Virus record (IMG/VR): IMGVR_UViG_2859564202_000001
Source of the DNA: a virus
Taxonomy: Duplodnaviria; Caudoviricetes
Reading direction: 5' to 3' (one strand)
DNA: 64,000 bases
The first letter of the stretch is position 1, and each line of letters starts with the position of its first letter. Under the pieces are notes generated by a model. That model ran no database searches and was not told the DNA's origin. It was given only the letters and a program-made list of their open reading frames with translations. The position numbers were made by a program, and so were the translations under genes. Of this stretch, positions 49,509 through 60,334 are shown one piece after another.

Positions 49509-52500
49509 CTATTTAACGCCTTTATCACCCTTCTCGGTTACGCCACTCCCCTGCTGTGGATCTGCTTCAGTGCCACCTACACTGTTGCCGTCCATGTTTG
49601 CCATGCGACCGCTTACCGCTGCTGAACGCATTGCTGCATTCATCGCCTGGCCGGTCACAGAAGGCTTCTGACCTCGCTGTGCACGGATACCGTTCTTAGC
49701 ACTGACACCGCTGCGCTGTGCGCCTCGACCGCCTTGAGTTGCTCCACCACGGCCACCAGAGCGTCCGCTGCCACCCATCGCGTCGCGAACATTAGCACCC
49801 ATCTGACCAGGCTGACCGATTCCTCGTACAGCCTGTGATGCCAGTGAGCCAGCAACGTTCGCGCCCATAATTTGAGCTGATGACGGTGCACGCGTGTTTG
49901 CTGTGTGCGCGGTGTTGGCCTGGTTGTTCTGCACAAATGCTTGTGCATGACCAGACTCTTGGTAGTGAGCCTGACCAGGCGCCACTGGTCCATGTGATGC
50001 ATTGACCACATGTGCGGCACCTGTTGAGCCAGTAGCTCCACCGGAAACAGCGTTGTTGATCATTCCCGCACCAGCTGCAGCATTACCCATCGCACCCTGG
50101 ACAGTACCTGCGCCTTGTGCTGCAGAGCTTGCTGCGCCCGCTGCACCGATCACACCTGCGACACCGGCAATACCAGCTGCCCCCTGTGCCATCTGACCAA
50201 AGCTTGCGCCAGAGGAACCAGCATCCGCATTGGTCACAGCATTCTGAATCTGACCTGGAACCTGAGACAAGTGCTGTGCTGCCTCGGTGACCTTGCCAGC
50301 CACATCAACACCACCCATACCGCCTGCAGCATAAGCGCTGTTCACACTGTCACCTACCTGCTGTCCCATGGACGCCAGCTGAGTATTGAGCGCTGAGCCA
50401 GAAAGATCGCCAAGCTGCTTGCCGGCCTTTCCAGCAGGTGCTTCAGTGGCTTGAGCACTAAGTTGCTCCATACCAGCTATGGAACCTGCTGGTGCAAGAC
50501 CCTGAGACGCTGCAATCTGAAGAGCTGCGTCATTCATGGCCTGATCGGAACTCGACACAGATCCACCAGCGAGAGCGCCCATTGGGGTGCCACTCTGCAA
50601 TGCAGCCTCGCTCATGTTCAGACCTGCGCTTGAATCGGTCGCACTGTAATCAGCACCGGTAGTTCCGACTGTGCCCGCAGCACCCGAGACATCTGCACCA
50701 TAGGTGTCTGGAATCTTGGACAGACCAGACTCAGTGACACTGCTTGCCAGAGACTGATCGTCCATGACATCCGCTGCAGTGGTAATGCCACTCGATTTCA
50801 CACCAGATTTCTCCATCATGGTTCCTGACGAGCTCAGACCAGCCATCTTCATTTCAGCTTCAGCAGCACTCATTGGTGTGCCATCAGCATGAAGCGGGTT
50901 ACCCTGTGCATCAACGCTCGCACCCTCACCGTCGAGAGTGGTTCCATCGGAGCTATACGCAGCATTGCTAAATGACGCGCGACCAGCACCATCAACAACA
51001 CCGTCTACAAAATCAGCGTTAGCATCAGCAGAAGCAATTGCATCTCCATCTGCTACATAGTCGCCATCAACGGTAGCGTCACCACCTGCTGCGAACGCAC
51101 CATCACCGTCGCCGTTGATAACGCCATCTGCATAATTATCGAGCGCATCCGTAGCATACTTACCGACTAATCCGGCACCAGCCACAGTTGTGACAACCTT
51201 CGCCAGACCAGCAGCCTTCTCACCCAAGCCTGAATCGCTACCGCCACCTGATCCACCAGAGCCTGAATCAGATCCACCACCGTCACCATCACGGTTGAGT
51301 ACCATATGTGTCGCACCAATACCAAGACCCGTTGCGGCTGCACGACGCATCATGCCGTCACCAGAGGTAGCACCTGCAGAAGAGACCTGTGTATCCAAGA
51401 AGCGGTTAATAACACTGGTCACGGCTTCATCGACACCTGATACCAAAGATCCGCGCACCTTCATCGCAATAATCGTGAAGATGATGACCCCCATGGATGA
51501 GGCCACTGTGATCACCATGCCGGCAATCGCCCAGTTGCCTGAGGTAGCTAGTGCCATACCGACTAGCCCCATACCAGCACCGGCAACCAGCTCAGCACTC
51601 TCGTTACTACTTAAGGAATCAGCCAAAGGTTGTTCAAAGAGTGCTGGTACAGCCATCAAGAACCGGGTAATGAGCTGGTACAAAATGATCGTTCCGATAA
51701 CCTCTACGAGCATAGCGATGGTGTACACAATGACCTTGGCAACACCAGCAATAAAGCCCATCGCAGCAAAAGGAACGGCACCAATGAGCGACAGCGTGCG
51801 TCGAATCGTATTAAACAGCATGGCACCGGCGTAACCGATACCGATCACGATGAAGCTACCCATCAGGGACATTGCAGAGAACCAGTACACAAAGTTCATG
51901 GCACCAGAACCGATAAGACTCACTGCGCTATGCGATGCACGGGTGTAGCTTGACGCAGAAGTGGACGTAGAAAAGACACTTGCATCAGCTGGATGGAATG
52001 AGGTGTTGAGGAAGTTGTACATCGTCAAGGGCGACATATTGCAGTCACTTCGGTAGTCCCCGACCACAGCACGAGAACCTGTCACGACTGAGTTGTTGCA
52101 TGACGCTGTCGCATCACCAGATTTAAATGACACCGCATTGCGGTCAATAGGTCGTCCCTGCAGACCAGCTGAGTCGCTGACCTCAAGCAATGGATTGTTC
52201 GCATCAGCTAATTCAGCAGCAGTGATCTCATTAAGACCAGAGGCTGTGTTGTAACCAGTAACCCAGGCCATTACATCACCACCGGCAACAGCTTCGCCAC
52301 TTCCCTCTTTCGAGGTCAAAGATTCCATCGCACTTCGAATAGAGGTTTCGAAACTGCCAGAGGAGATACTGTCGTTGTCGATATAACGACTCAGTAGCGC
52401 GATGGTTCCCTGGAAAATAGTCGTCGCCGAACTTGATGAGGTCCCATCGGTGCCAGAATTGGCTGGATCCGCCATCTTTTCCATCCAGTCCATGCTATAG

Positions 52501-53975
52501 CCTAGATCCATGGAACCTGGATTCTTAAAAGTAGTAAAACTCTCATTTGATTGAGCATTAATTTCCAACGCCGAATTGCGTACCATCCGCATGGACTGCC
52601 CTGTTGGCGCCTGATCCTCCAGACTCCACGCCAGTGTTACTTTGTCAGGAACACGCATACGGGTGTTTTCTGCCCATGATTGGAAATCCACGTAGGTGGA
52701 CAACACAATCTTTGTCGCATTTGATCCAGCACTTGTGGAACTACCGCTGTCGAGGAAGGAATCCAGCGCACCGGTATAAGAGACACCAAGCAGTGGCAGG
52801 CCAACGACACCGTACACGACGCGGATAACAACCTTTTTAAACGCTGATCCCTTGTCCATGCGTCGAAACATCAACGCACCCATCATAAACAGACCAATGG
52901 AGACAGGAATAACGATGAGCCAGCCCACAGTCACTGACCAGTTATAGATCAACCCGAAGAAATCAGTCATTCCTTCAAACGGTGTTCCTTCTGTGGTCTG
53001 CCCACCAGCCATATTCTCAGTGAATGTCTTGTTAGTATTCTGAGATACTGGTCCAACGAGCAGTCTAAATGGGTTTATGGTGCTCAAGATATTCAGCACA
53101 GTGTTAAAAACCAGATCAATGCCTCCGGAGATGATGTACGCGATCATCATCGCGTACCCCATGCCCTTACGCTGAGCAAAATCAGTCTGCGAATCCTCCG
53201 CCTTTGAGCTATCAAAGCCTAAGCCACTCAGTGTCGCGCCAAATAATGCAAAGTGATAAGGCCCTTGAAAGGCATGATCAGCTAGAGAATCATAGGAGTA
53301 CGTTTTCTCGTTGTTGGCAACACCATTACCAAAGAACCAACCAGAGTCCTCGTTGTGTTTCGCGTCAGCATAACCAAGGACATTGCCTCCGTTGGCGGCC
53401 TTACTGAGAATGCCCTCCCACACCTTAAGACCGGCGTCCTCAGAATCGAGGAACTCGTTCGGTCCGCCTTCCTCTACACCGGCAGTAGCTGCCCGACCAT
53501 TGCCATAGAACGATGCCATCGCAGAGGCCATACGGTACATGGAGTAATCAGGGGCTTTATCAAGGTTCTGTTCTTTACGTTGCTCTTCGTTTTTCGCATC
53601 GTAGAAGCACTTCAAGACATCTTCTGCTTCGAGACACTTCTCGATAATGTGCATTTCACCTAAGTTCTCGGTGATGCACTTAAGAAGCATCTCGGTGTCA
53701 CCATCACTGGGACAAATCGCTTCAAAGGCAACCTCGCCCATAGCACCGACAACCTGGGCAATAATAGCGCTGGCGAAAGCATTAGCTTCACGTTCCTTGT
53801 TACCAAACGCACCAAAGCTCAAACCCACTGAGATCAAGAGCGTCATGACAACAGCCATCGTTCGGCGTCGCCACGTCTTGTGTCGGTTGTGTTTAAGCTC
53901 CATGCGCGCAATCTCAGCATCTACGTCCTGCTCACTAAGCTGTACAGGTTGCGGTTCTAAAACTGTCGCAGTCAC
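49509..53975 (-). CDS. Large polytopic membrane protein, VirB6/TraG-like, with a Gly/Ala/Ser-rich tail
   Basis: 1488 aa with multiple TM clusters and a long low-complexity C-terminus; co-oriented with the conjugation genes. Confidence 0.7.
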   Translation of the reverse strand: MTATVLEPQPVQLSEQDVDAEIARMELKHNRHKTWRRRTMAVVMTLLISVGLSFGAFGNKEREANAFASAIIAQVVGAMGEVAFEAICPSDGDTEMLLKCITENLGEMHIIEKCLEAEDVLKCFYDAKNEEQRKEQNLDKAPDYSMYRMASAMASFYGNGRAATAGVEEGGPNEFLDSEDAGLKVWEGILSKAANGGNVLGYADAKHNEDSGWFFGNGVANNEKTYSYDSLADHAFQGPYHFALFGATLSGLGFDSSKAEDSQTDFAQRKGMGYAMMIAYIISGGIDLVFNTVLNILSTINPFRLLVGPVSQNTNKTFTENMAGGQTTEGTPFEGMTDFFGLIYNWSVTVGWLIVIPVSIGLFMMGALMFRRMDKGSAFKKVVIRVVYGVVGLPLLGVSYTGALDSFLDSGSSTSAGSNATKIVLSTYVDFQSWAENTRMRVPDKVTLAWSLEDQAPTGQSMRMVRNSALEINAQSNESFTTFKNPGSMDLGYSMDWMEKMADPANSGTDGTSSSSATTIFQGTIALLSRYIDNDSISSGSFETSIRSAMESLTSKEGSGEAVAGGDVMAWVTGYNTASGLNEITAAELADANNPLLEVSDSAGLQGRPIDRNAVSFKSGDATASCNNSVVTGSRAVVGDYRSDCNMSPLTMYNFLNTSFHPADASVFSTSTSASSYTRASHSAVSLIGSGAMNFVYWFSAMSLMGSFIVIGIGYAGAMLFNTIRRTLSLIGAVPFAAMGFIAGVAKVIVYTIAMLVEVIGTIILYQLITRFLMAVPALFEQPLADSLSSNESAELVAGAGMGLVGMALATSGNWAIAGMVITVASSMGVIIFTIIAMKVRGSLVSGVDEAVTSVINRFLDTQVSSAGATSGDGMMRRAAATGLGIGATHMVLNRDGDGGGSDSGSGGSGGGSDSGLGEKAAGLAKVVTTVAGAGLVGKYATDALDNYADGVINGDGDGAFAAGGDATVDGDYVADGDAIASADANADFVDGVVDGAGRASFSNAAYSSDGTTLDGEGASVDAQGNPLHADGTPMSAAEAEMKMAGLSSSGTMMEKSGVKSSGITTAADVMDDQSLASSVTESGLSKIPDTYGADVSGAAGTVGTTGADYSATDSSAGLNMSEAALQSGTPMGALAGGSVSSSDQAMNDAALQIAASQGLAPAGSIAGMEQLSAQATEAPAGKAGKQLGDLSGSALNTQLASMGQQVGDSVNSAYAAGGMGGVDVAGKVTEAAQHLSQVPGQIQNAVTNADAGSSGASFGQMAQGAAGIAGVAGVIGAAGAASSAAQGAGTVQGAMGNAAAGAGMINNAVSGGATGSTGAAHVVNASHGPVAPGQAHYQESGHAQAFVQNNQANTAHTANTRAPSSAQIMGANVAGSLASQAVRGIGQPGQMGANVRDAMGGSGRSGGRGGATQGGRGAQRSGVSAKNGIRAQRGQKPSVTGQAMNAAMRSAAVSGRMANMDGNSVGGTEADPQQGSGVTEKGDKGVK

Positions 53976-54220
53976 TTGCCCGCCACCCCCTCAATATTCG
54001 TTTTAAACAATTGCTTAAAAAGTTTCATTAATCCCCAATTCAAAGTTATTTTAGAATGGAATATAGAAACTTTAACACATTAAAATTGAATATTAAATGT
54101 TGTTTAAAGTCGAAATTGTGAATCCAGATGGATGGGTATATCCAGCTCAAGACGTAAAAACCACCCTGTACACCATCAGGTACAGGGTGGTTAAAGCGGG
54201 GTGCTTTAAGTGAAATAGCT

Positions 54221-54802
54221 TTATTCAGTGGGCTTATACGAGTCAAGCTCCGTACCCATGTCATACAAGTCAGGAGATTCGCCATCAAAAAACAACTCAC
54301 AATACTCAGGGACCCCATCACAGTAATCACCTAATGTAATACGAGATGCCGAGGATTCAGCCTCTAAATCTGTAAATCCCAATTCAGACAAATGAGCGAT
54401 GACATCACTACGCACCTCGTCAAGCTTCTCGCTTCGCGCGCCACCAAAGTACCAAGATTCCAAATAGCCAACAGCCTGGTAATCCGCAGCGAATTGGAAA
54501 CCATCACCCAAGCGCTCCGCAGCCGCCTGCGCATCAGCTTTATCAAAGCCCTTACCTACAGCGTTGTCCACAGCCACAGCAGCAGATGATCCATCAGCCA
54601 CAGCAGAACGCATAAAGGTGTCTAATTGAGCATCCTTATCAACAGCTGCAGAATCTGTTGTGTCAGCCGATGCAGAAGATGAGCCAGTACTGCTACTACT
54701 AGCACCGCTACTGTCCGGGCCGTCAGCATCACTAGAGCAAGCAGATAAGCCAAACATCAGCGTACTGACAGCCAGCAGCGCAAGAGTTTTATTCTTCAAC
54801 AT
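54221..54802 (-). CDS. Lipoprotein
   Basis: Signal peptide with LSAC lipobox and a Ser-rich linker. Confidence 0.8.
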   Translation of the reverse strand: MLKNKTLALLAVSTLMFGLSACSSDADGPDSSGASSSSTGSSSASADTTDSAAVDKDAQLDTFMRSAVADGSSAAVAVDNAVGKGFDKADAQAAAERLGDGFQFAADYQAVGYLESWYFGGARSEKLDEVRSDVIAHLSELGFTDLEAESSASRITLGDYCDGVPEYCELFFDGESPDLYDMGTELDSYKPTE

Positions 54803-55206
54803 GAGTTACGTCCTTAATATATACAGCAGTCGTGGTGTGGACCATGACTGCTGTAGAAGTCTCCCCCTGCACCCATGGTTAGCGTACTTTAATATTTATA
54901 ACCCAAACCATATTATTTCGCAGAATTATGTGCAAAATGTAGCGACTGCGCTACTACCCCCGGTAGAACATGGGGGGATTTAAAGAGGAAATAGCGCCGA
55001 ACATACGTGAAATAGAGACAAGCAAATAGTCTATCAGAGCACATAAAGGTGCCATACCCACTCTTTCAACTGATGACATAGGCATTCCACCCGAATGAGT
55101 AGTCGCACAACCAAGACAAATCAACGCTGTGTTACCCAACCGGATGGTGTAAGAAGCACTGAAGACTTGATTTAAAGTCATCCCCCGCTGACGGCCTTGA
55201 ATTTCT

Positions 55207-56154
55207 CTAGCCACCTGAAACCAGTTGTGGGATGTTTTCGATTATCTGTTTACCTACAAGATTTAACATTGTAGTGAAGGCTTTATCGCCGGCTTTTATG
55301 CTGAGTTCCTTCAACTTTTCAAAAGCATTCTGGATAAAACCTTTATTCGGAGACTCCTTCTTCAACTCATCCGCGATGGATTGAATGCTTTCTTCGGCTT
55401 CAGCTCTAGCTTCCCCTAAGTCGAACTTTTCAGGATTAATGGTCTGCATAATCTTCAGTAGGTCATCCACGGACAATCCCTTCTGCACAGCTTTAGCGCT
55501 GTTACCAATGGCTACAGCTCCATTGGCTTGAGTGATTGTAGTTTCGTAGTTATTTTCAATGTGCTTCATGACCGTGGCATTAACCTTTTCGCTGCTTGGT
55601 AGTTCATCCAGAGGAGTTGCGTGTGTGAGGTCGGCAATCATGGAAGTCATTAGAGTTCGGATGCGGTCCACAATTCCCGAAAAATAAGAGTTATCTAAGT
55701 AAACATTTAAATTCAAAATTTGATTTAATGGCGCGTACTGATCATTATGAAGATCGCGGACCCGAAGTAAATTCGGGGGCGATAAATTAATCCCATCCTG
55801 CCTAGTCGACCATTCAATTAGCGTTTGAATCGGCTGATCAAAATGCAGCTCTTCAGGGAAATACTTACGAGCTCTTTCAGGAACATTATGTGGCCCCAGT
55901 ACCATATTAGACATTATTGAATTACCAGCTTGAATTTTCGCGAATACAGGAGGTCCTTTCAATTTGCGATATTCCGGAATACCATCAATGGAGCCATAAC
56001 CATTTAATTCATTTTTCGCCCACTCTTGTAAAGAGTCCGAGTTAGTATCACTTCCAAGGAAGATACACGCCCGAAGAAGCTCCGTTAATGGACGCTCTTC
56101 TATTAAGCCTTTTCTGATGGATACAAGCAGAGAATCAGTCATGCTAAATATCAT
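55207..56154 (-). CDS. AbiTii-domain protein (putative anti-phage)
   Basis: LTELLRAC..LG...LQEWAKNELNGY....PEYR N-terminal signature. Confidence 0.72.
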   Translation of the reverse strand: MIFSMTDSLLVSIRKGLIEERPLTELLRACIFLGSDTNSDSLQEWAKNELNGYGSIDGIPEYRKLKGPPVFAKIQAGNSIMSNMVLGPHNVPERARKYFPEELHFDQPIQTLIEWSTRQDGINLSPPNLLRVRDLHNDQYAPLNQILNLNVYLDNSYFSGIVDRIRTLMTSMIADLTHATPLDELPSSEKVNATVMKHIENNYETTITQANGAVAIGNSAKAVQKGLSVDDLLKIMQTINPEKFDLGEARAEAEESIQSIADELKKESPNKGFIQNAFEKLKELSIKAGDKAFTTMLNLVGKQIIENIPQLVSGG

Positions 56155-56190
56155 AATCCATCAAACATTTGATCGGTGTCAATCAATGCG

Positions 56191-56349
56191 TTCTGGACTG
56201 AGGTGACCACCATGCAAGACGAGGTGGACCTAGTGATCACCAACCCGCCGTTTTCTCTGTTCCGTGAGTTCCTGAGTTGGCTATTACACGGTGACGTGTT
56301 GTTTTCTATCATCGGTAACGCGAACGTAATCACATATCTAGGTGCCTGA
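56191..56349 (+). pseudogene. Fragment of an M.EcoRI-family adenine methyltransferase
   Basis: DEVDLVITNPPFSLFREFLSWL...FSIIGNANVITY. Confidence 0.75.
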
Positions 56350-56498
56350 ATCTAGATTAAAACTATAAACATTATTTAAAACCATTGCCTTATTGGAGCA
56401 TGCTGCAAGCTTTTCGCGGTGGGCTTGCAACATCTTACATCAGAATGAATGATGTTAAACACCTAATAAGTTCAAGTAGTTAAAAGGAAATATCAACA

Positions 56499-56876
56499 AT
56501 GTTACGAAAAGCATCTATCACGCTAATGATATCCGTTACGCTCTTAACATGTGCCTCTCCAGCACAGGCACTGTCATCACAAGCACTCTCGTCAGAAAGC
56601 TCCACTTCGCAGAGTGATTCTCCTACGCAATTTGTTGCGAGTATAGCTGCGCCCTTCAATAAGAACTTAACCTATGAGCAGCGCAAAGCCATTCGTTTCG
56701 GACCTACGACAGAACAAGAAGCAGAACAATGCTTGGCAAAGTATGGTCGCGATGGCGAGGGGCCATGGCCTGCTATTGCTATCTATCCTGACTGCTCCTT
56801 CGATACTATCGAACAAGATTTCTATGATCAAGCAATATCCAAAGCCCTCTCAGTAATCAGTCTGGGAAGCTCCTAG
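56499..56876 (+). CDS. Small secreted protein
   Basis: Sec signal ending in AQA; AAAGGA RBS. Confidence 0.7.
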   Translation: MLRKASITLMISVTLLTCASPAQALSSQALSSESSTSQSDSPTQFVASIAAPFNKNLTYEQRKAIRFGPTTEQEAEQCLAKYGRDGEGPWPAIAIYPDCSFDTIEQDFYDQAISKALSVISLGSS

Positions 56877-56993
56877 AAGACTCGTAACGACCAAAAGCAC
56901 CGAGAACAGATGCAACTCAAGCCCATTTACATCTGTTCTCGGTGCACTCGTATTTATAGCCTCGCGCATAGCTTCCAAAATCCAGAATCAGAT
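56827..56993 (+). repeat. About 167-bp direct repeat, copy 1 (gene 3' end plus terminator)
   Basis: Matches 62546-62713. Confidence 0.9.
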
Positions 56994-57020
56994 GGCGCAA
57001 TTAAATCAAGATCTCAGAAC

Positions 57021-58844
57021 TCATTTTTCAATCTCTTCTTTTAGGGCACCCGTCATCAATTGAGCTATCGGCCATTCATTAAAAACTGCGCGTCGATCAA
57101 CCGAAAGCTGAGTAAGCAAAAAATTCGCCTCTTCTCTATCGTCAAGAAGCAAAGCGCAACCAATCATAATCTCGCTATAGTTGTCTGGGTGCATTGTTTG
57201 ATCAAGATTATGCCTAAAAGATCGAATTTCTGTTCTTTGTGAATCCAGTAATCCAGTTTGGCGATACAAAATTTGCCAACCATTAAGCCTGTAAATTGGC
57301 GACTCTTCTCGATCTCGTTCCACGAGCCAATCATTGAGAGCTTGAGCTGCTATAAGAAATGCAGTTTTCCTGCTCTGCTCAGAATCAGCTGCCTTAATTA
57401 GGCGAAGCACCATCCATGTGGCGAGATTATCAACATCAACAGTTTCTTCAAGCGCTGAATAGAAATCAACAAGCTTATCCAAATGCAGATTCAATACTGA
57501 TGGAAGCCATCGATTATCAATGAGCTCGTACGGCGTCACTCGCTCGATTGAGGAGTCGCTCCGATCCGTTGAAGGTGTCATAGCAAAATGATGACGCTTG
57601 GAAATTACTTCATGATAAGTCCACTCCCCTGCAACATCACCAGGGTGAGCTATCAACGCAAGATTCCAACGACCAAAAGGCTGCAATATAAGTCTAGTCT
57701 CATCTTTAACCTCTAAATTCTTTACGTATTCTCCCTTAACGGCTGTTCGATACACAATATCCAACTGCCAGAACTGTTTTTCTGTAATCTCACCAATTCG
57801 AATAAGGGACGGATCAATATTGAAATGGTTAGCTATTTCTACCAACTGACGAAGAACACCCGCTTCATCCTTAAGGTCAGCCACAGTCCGGTTCGAGTTA
57901 ATCTTCAACACAACAGGTTCTTCATTAATAAAAAACGTATTCGCCTGAAGCACTCCTAGGAAGAACTCAATGTCTTTTAACCGTTCAGGAAGACTATCTT
58001 GAAACTCAACCGTAACGCTCCCCGGAGCATCAATGGCGAGCTTTTGTAGGCGGAGAGTAATCCCCTTTCCGATTTTCAATTCAATGTGCTCATCATCAAT
58101 GTTTCGATGCAAAACATTGTCATAGACGACCCCATTACACGAAACATTATAATTGGCTTGATGAAACTGCATATTCGGGGGTATTATTTCTACGGTGGCA
58201 TTGACGAACTGTTCAATTCCATCCCCAGTACGAATAATGATCGAATGGTCTGGCGAACTACCATCATATACAGCCAGCTTATCCCTATTAAGGGGTTCAG
58301 CCGATTTAACAGTAATTGATTCCATATTTTCATAGAGATAGTTACTGGGGTTCTCGACTATCTTTTCTTGCCTCGATGCGAGCGCTAATGCGATTATGGC
58401 TTCCATTCGATCTTCATCAGATGGTAACCGTTTTAAGCGGACGCTAATTGTCTTTTGGCCCGGCTTCGCTTTACTCAGTAGATCATGAATATAAAACGGT
58501 TTCAAAAGAACATACTTTGGATATTTCTTATTTGATTTCTTATCAATATCAACCACAAAAAATAAGAGACCAGCCAGTGTCACGAAGCCTCGTAGATCAA
58601 CTACTGAGACCGGATAGCTATTTAAGTCGGCAGCCTTGGCATTAACCTTTCGCCCTTTAATCTGAACATTCACCCGACCCCCAAAGCTACGCTTAGCTCC
58701 AGAAGCATCATTACTAATATCTATGTGTCCATCTGTAAAAGTGGTTTTATCATTTTCACTAAAAAACCCCTCTAAATGCGCACATGAATCGATCATCTTG
58801 CCTATTTTTCGAACCGCAGTTTTCTCTGTTTTCGATGTACTCAT
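57021..58844 (-). CDS. DUF4365-like PD-(D/E)xK nuclease-domain protein (putative defence)
   Basis: NDKTTFTDGHIDI...VNVQIKG N-terminal motif and a helical C-terminus. Confidence 0.68.
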   Translation of the reverse strand: MSTSKTEKTAVRKIGKMIDSCAHLEGFFSENDKTTFTDGHIDISNDASGAKRSFGGRVNVQIKGRKVNAKAADLNSYPVSVVDLRGFVTLAGLLFFVVDIDKKSNKKYPKYVLLKPFYIHDLLSKAKPGQKTISVRLKRLPSDEDRMEAIIALALASRQEKIVENPSNYLYENMESITVKSAEPLNRDKLAVYDGSSPDHSIIIRTGDGIEQFVNATVEIIPPNMQFHQANYNVSCNGVVYDNVLHRNIDDEHIELKIGKGITLRLQKLAIDAPGSVTVEFQDSLPERLKDIEFFLGVLQANTFFINEEPVVLKINSNRTVADLKDEAGVLRQLVEIANHFNIDPSLIRIGEITEKQFWQLDIVYRTAVKGEYVKNLEVKDETRLILQPFGRWNLALIAHPGDVAGEWTYHEVISKRHHFAMTPSTDRSDSSIERVTPYELIDNRWLPSVLNLHLDKLVDFYSALEETVDVDNLATWMVLRLIKAADSEQSRKTAFLIAAQALNDWLVERDREESPIYRLNGWQILYRQTGLLDSQRTEIRSFRHNLDQTMHPDNYSEIMIGCALLLDDREEANFLLTQLSVDRRAVFNEWPIAQLMTGALKEEIEK

Positions 58845-59382
58845 TATGTATGAGACTTCCTTTTCTCGACTAACCGTTTCTCTCCTGATTCTATAATCTG
58901 GAACATGAAAGGTTTGACACGCTCACCTGGAATTAAAGGTGTCTCAGTCCATCAACTTGAGATATGAGTGACGAAAGACCCCCTCACAGAAAGCATCAAT
59001 TTCGCTACCGAGTCAAACCACGACGCTGATTTAATTTCGTCAAAGAAAGTCATGCTTAACAACTCTGGTTTTTCAGCCTCAGCGACAACCAAACCGATAA
59101 AGTCCCCTTGATAAGTAAGCCTCAACGCCATAATTCGGCGGGACTTCATGGACATTGCTGTGGCTGTCTCCTCGGAAAGGCTATACAGGTCGACCCCGGA
59201 GCAGCAGCCAAAAGAAAGGCACTGAAAGACTTTCCTGAAGACGAGTTTGGTAGGAATGCTAGCCGGGCAGGGTTTAGCGTTGGTCTACTTTTCTTAGGAA
59301 TTGTCGTCAGCTACATCGCCAATATCGATTTACTGACAAAACCCACTCTACCTAGTTACGCCTGCAACTATCAGGTAATTCT

Positions 59383-59853
59383 CTACCATTCTCGTGAGGC
59401 CGTCGATTTACTAAAAACCAAATCACCAGGACCTAACGCAGGCATGAGGATCTGCGTGTGGAATGCACGCTGCCCTAAATCAGACACGGCCTGTCGTGCA
59501 TATGGCACCAGAGTAAAAATCGCATGGTTGTTAAAATAATCCACCATTGCATCAGATTCCGTTAAATAAACCTTATTCTCAGGAATCAAATAGATTGCTT
59601 CAGGCTCTACCGTTATCTTTCCGTCGGGAACCTCGATGGACACCCTCAATGAAACCTCAATGATTCGCGGCACACCTTCTTCGTCTTTACTCTTGTCGTT
59701 AACAGTAACTCCAAGTTTAAACTCAGGACGATCTGATGGTTCCTCAATTTTGACCGATAACGCACTGAGCTCCCGATACTTTACATCCGCAAGAACTAAG
59801 TGCTGCACTAACTCATCATGATGAGAAGGTAGATGCGCTGACATGATGTCCAT
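59383..59853 (-). CDS. SecB-like chaperone
   Basis: Beta-sheet followed by AIFTLVPYARQAVSDL...LMPAL, the SecB C-terminal pattern. Confidence 0.75.
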   Translation of the reverse strand: MDIMSAHLPSHHDELVQHLVLADVKYRELSALSVKIEEPSDRPEFKLGVTVNDKSKDEEGVPRIIEVSLRVSIEVPDGKITVEPEAIYLIPENKVYLTESDAMVDYFNNHAIFTLVPYARQAVSDLGQRAFHTQILMPALGPGDLVFSKSTASREW

Positions 59854-59896
59854 CCTTGTCTTGGTATTTCAATCTCAACCTATAAAACCCGAAACA

Positions 59897-60280
59897 CTAC
59901 GCCAAAATGGGCTTTTCCCAATCAACGTAGGGCGGGGCAGCTTCCTGGCCGGACACGGATACGTGATTGTTTGTCCTCGACTCATACTCTTGATAGAGGG
60001 TGGCAGAAGAGCTAACCCTATAAGATATAGAAGCATCTACCGCTAGCGCATAGCGTCGGATCGTAGACAGAGTGGGATTTGCATCGTAGTGCTCAAATTG
60101 AGAAATAGCACTCTGGGAAACGCCCATCCGATTAGCCACCTCGTCTTGGCTAATGCCAGCTTTCTTTCTCAAAGCTACAAGTGAGTCAAGGAATTCACGC
60201 TGGGAAGCCAGAAGAGCTTTAGCTTTAGCTTTCATCGCTTTCTTACTGTGCGTCATGAGTTTTACCTTATATCCTCTCAT
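59897..60280 (-). CDS. XRE-family HTH antitoxin (HigA-like) with a C-terminal extension
   Basis: LRKKAGISQDEVANRMGVSQSAISQFE...NPTLSTIRRYA. Confidence 0.85.
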   Translation of the reverse strand: MRGYKVKLMTHSKKAMKAKAKALLASQREFLDSLVALRKKAGISQDEVANRMGVSQSAISQFEHYDANPTLSTIRRYALAVDASISYRVSSSATLYQEYESRTNNHVSVSGQEAAPPYVDWEKPILA

Positions 60281-60334
60281 TCAATTTTTTCTAAAAACTC
60301 GCCAATGGGGGTAGTTCGTTGATGTTAAGACGAA

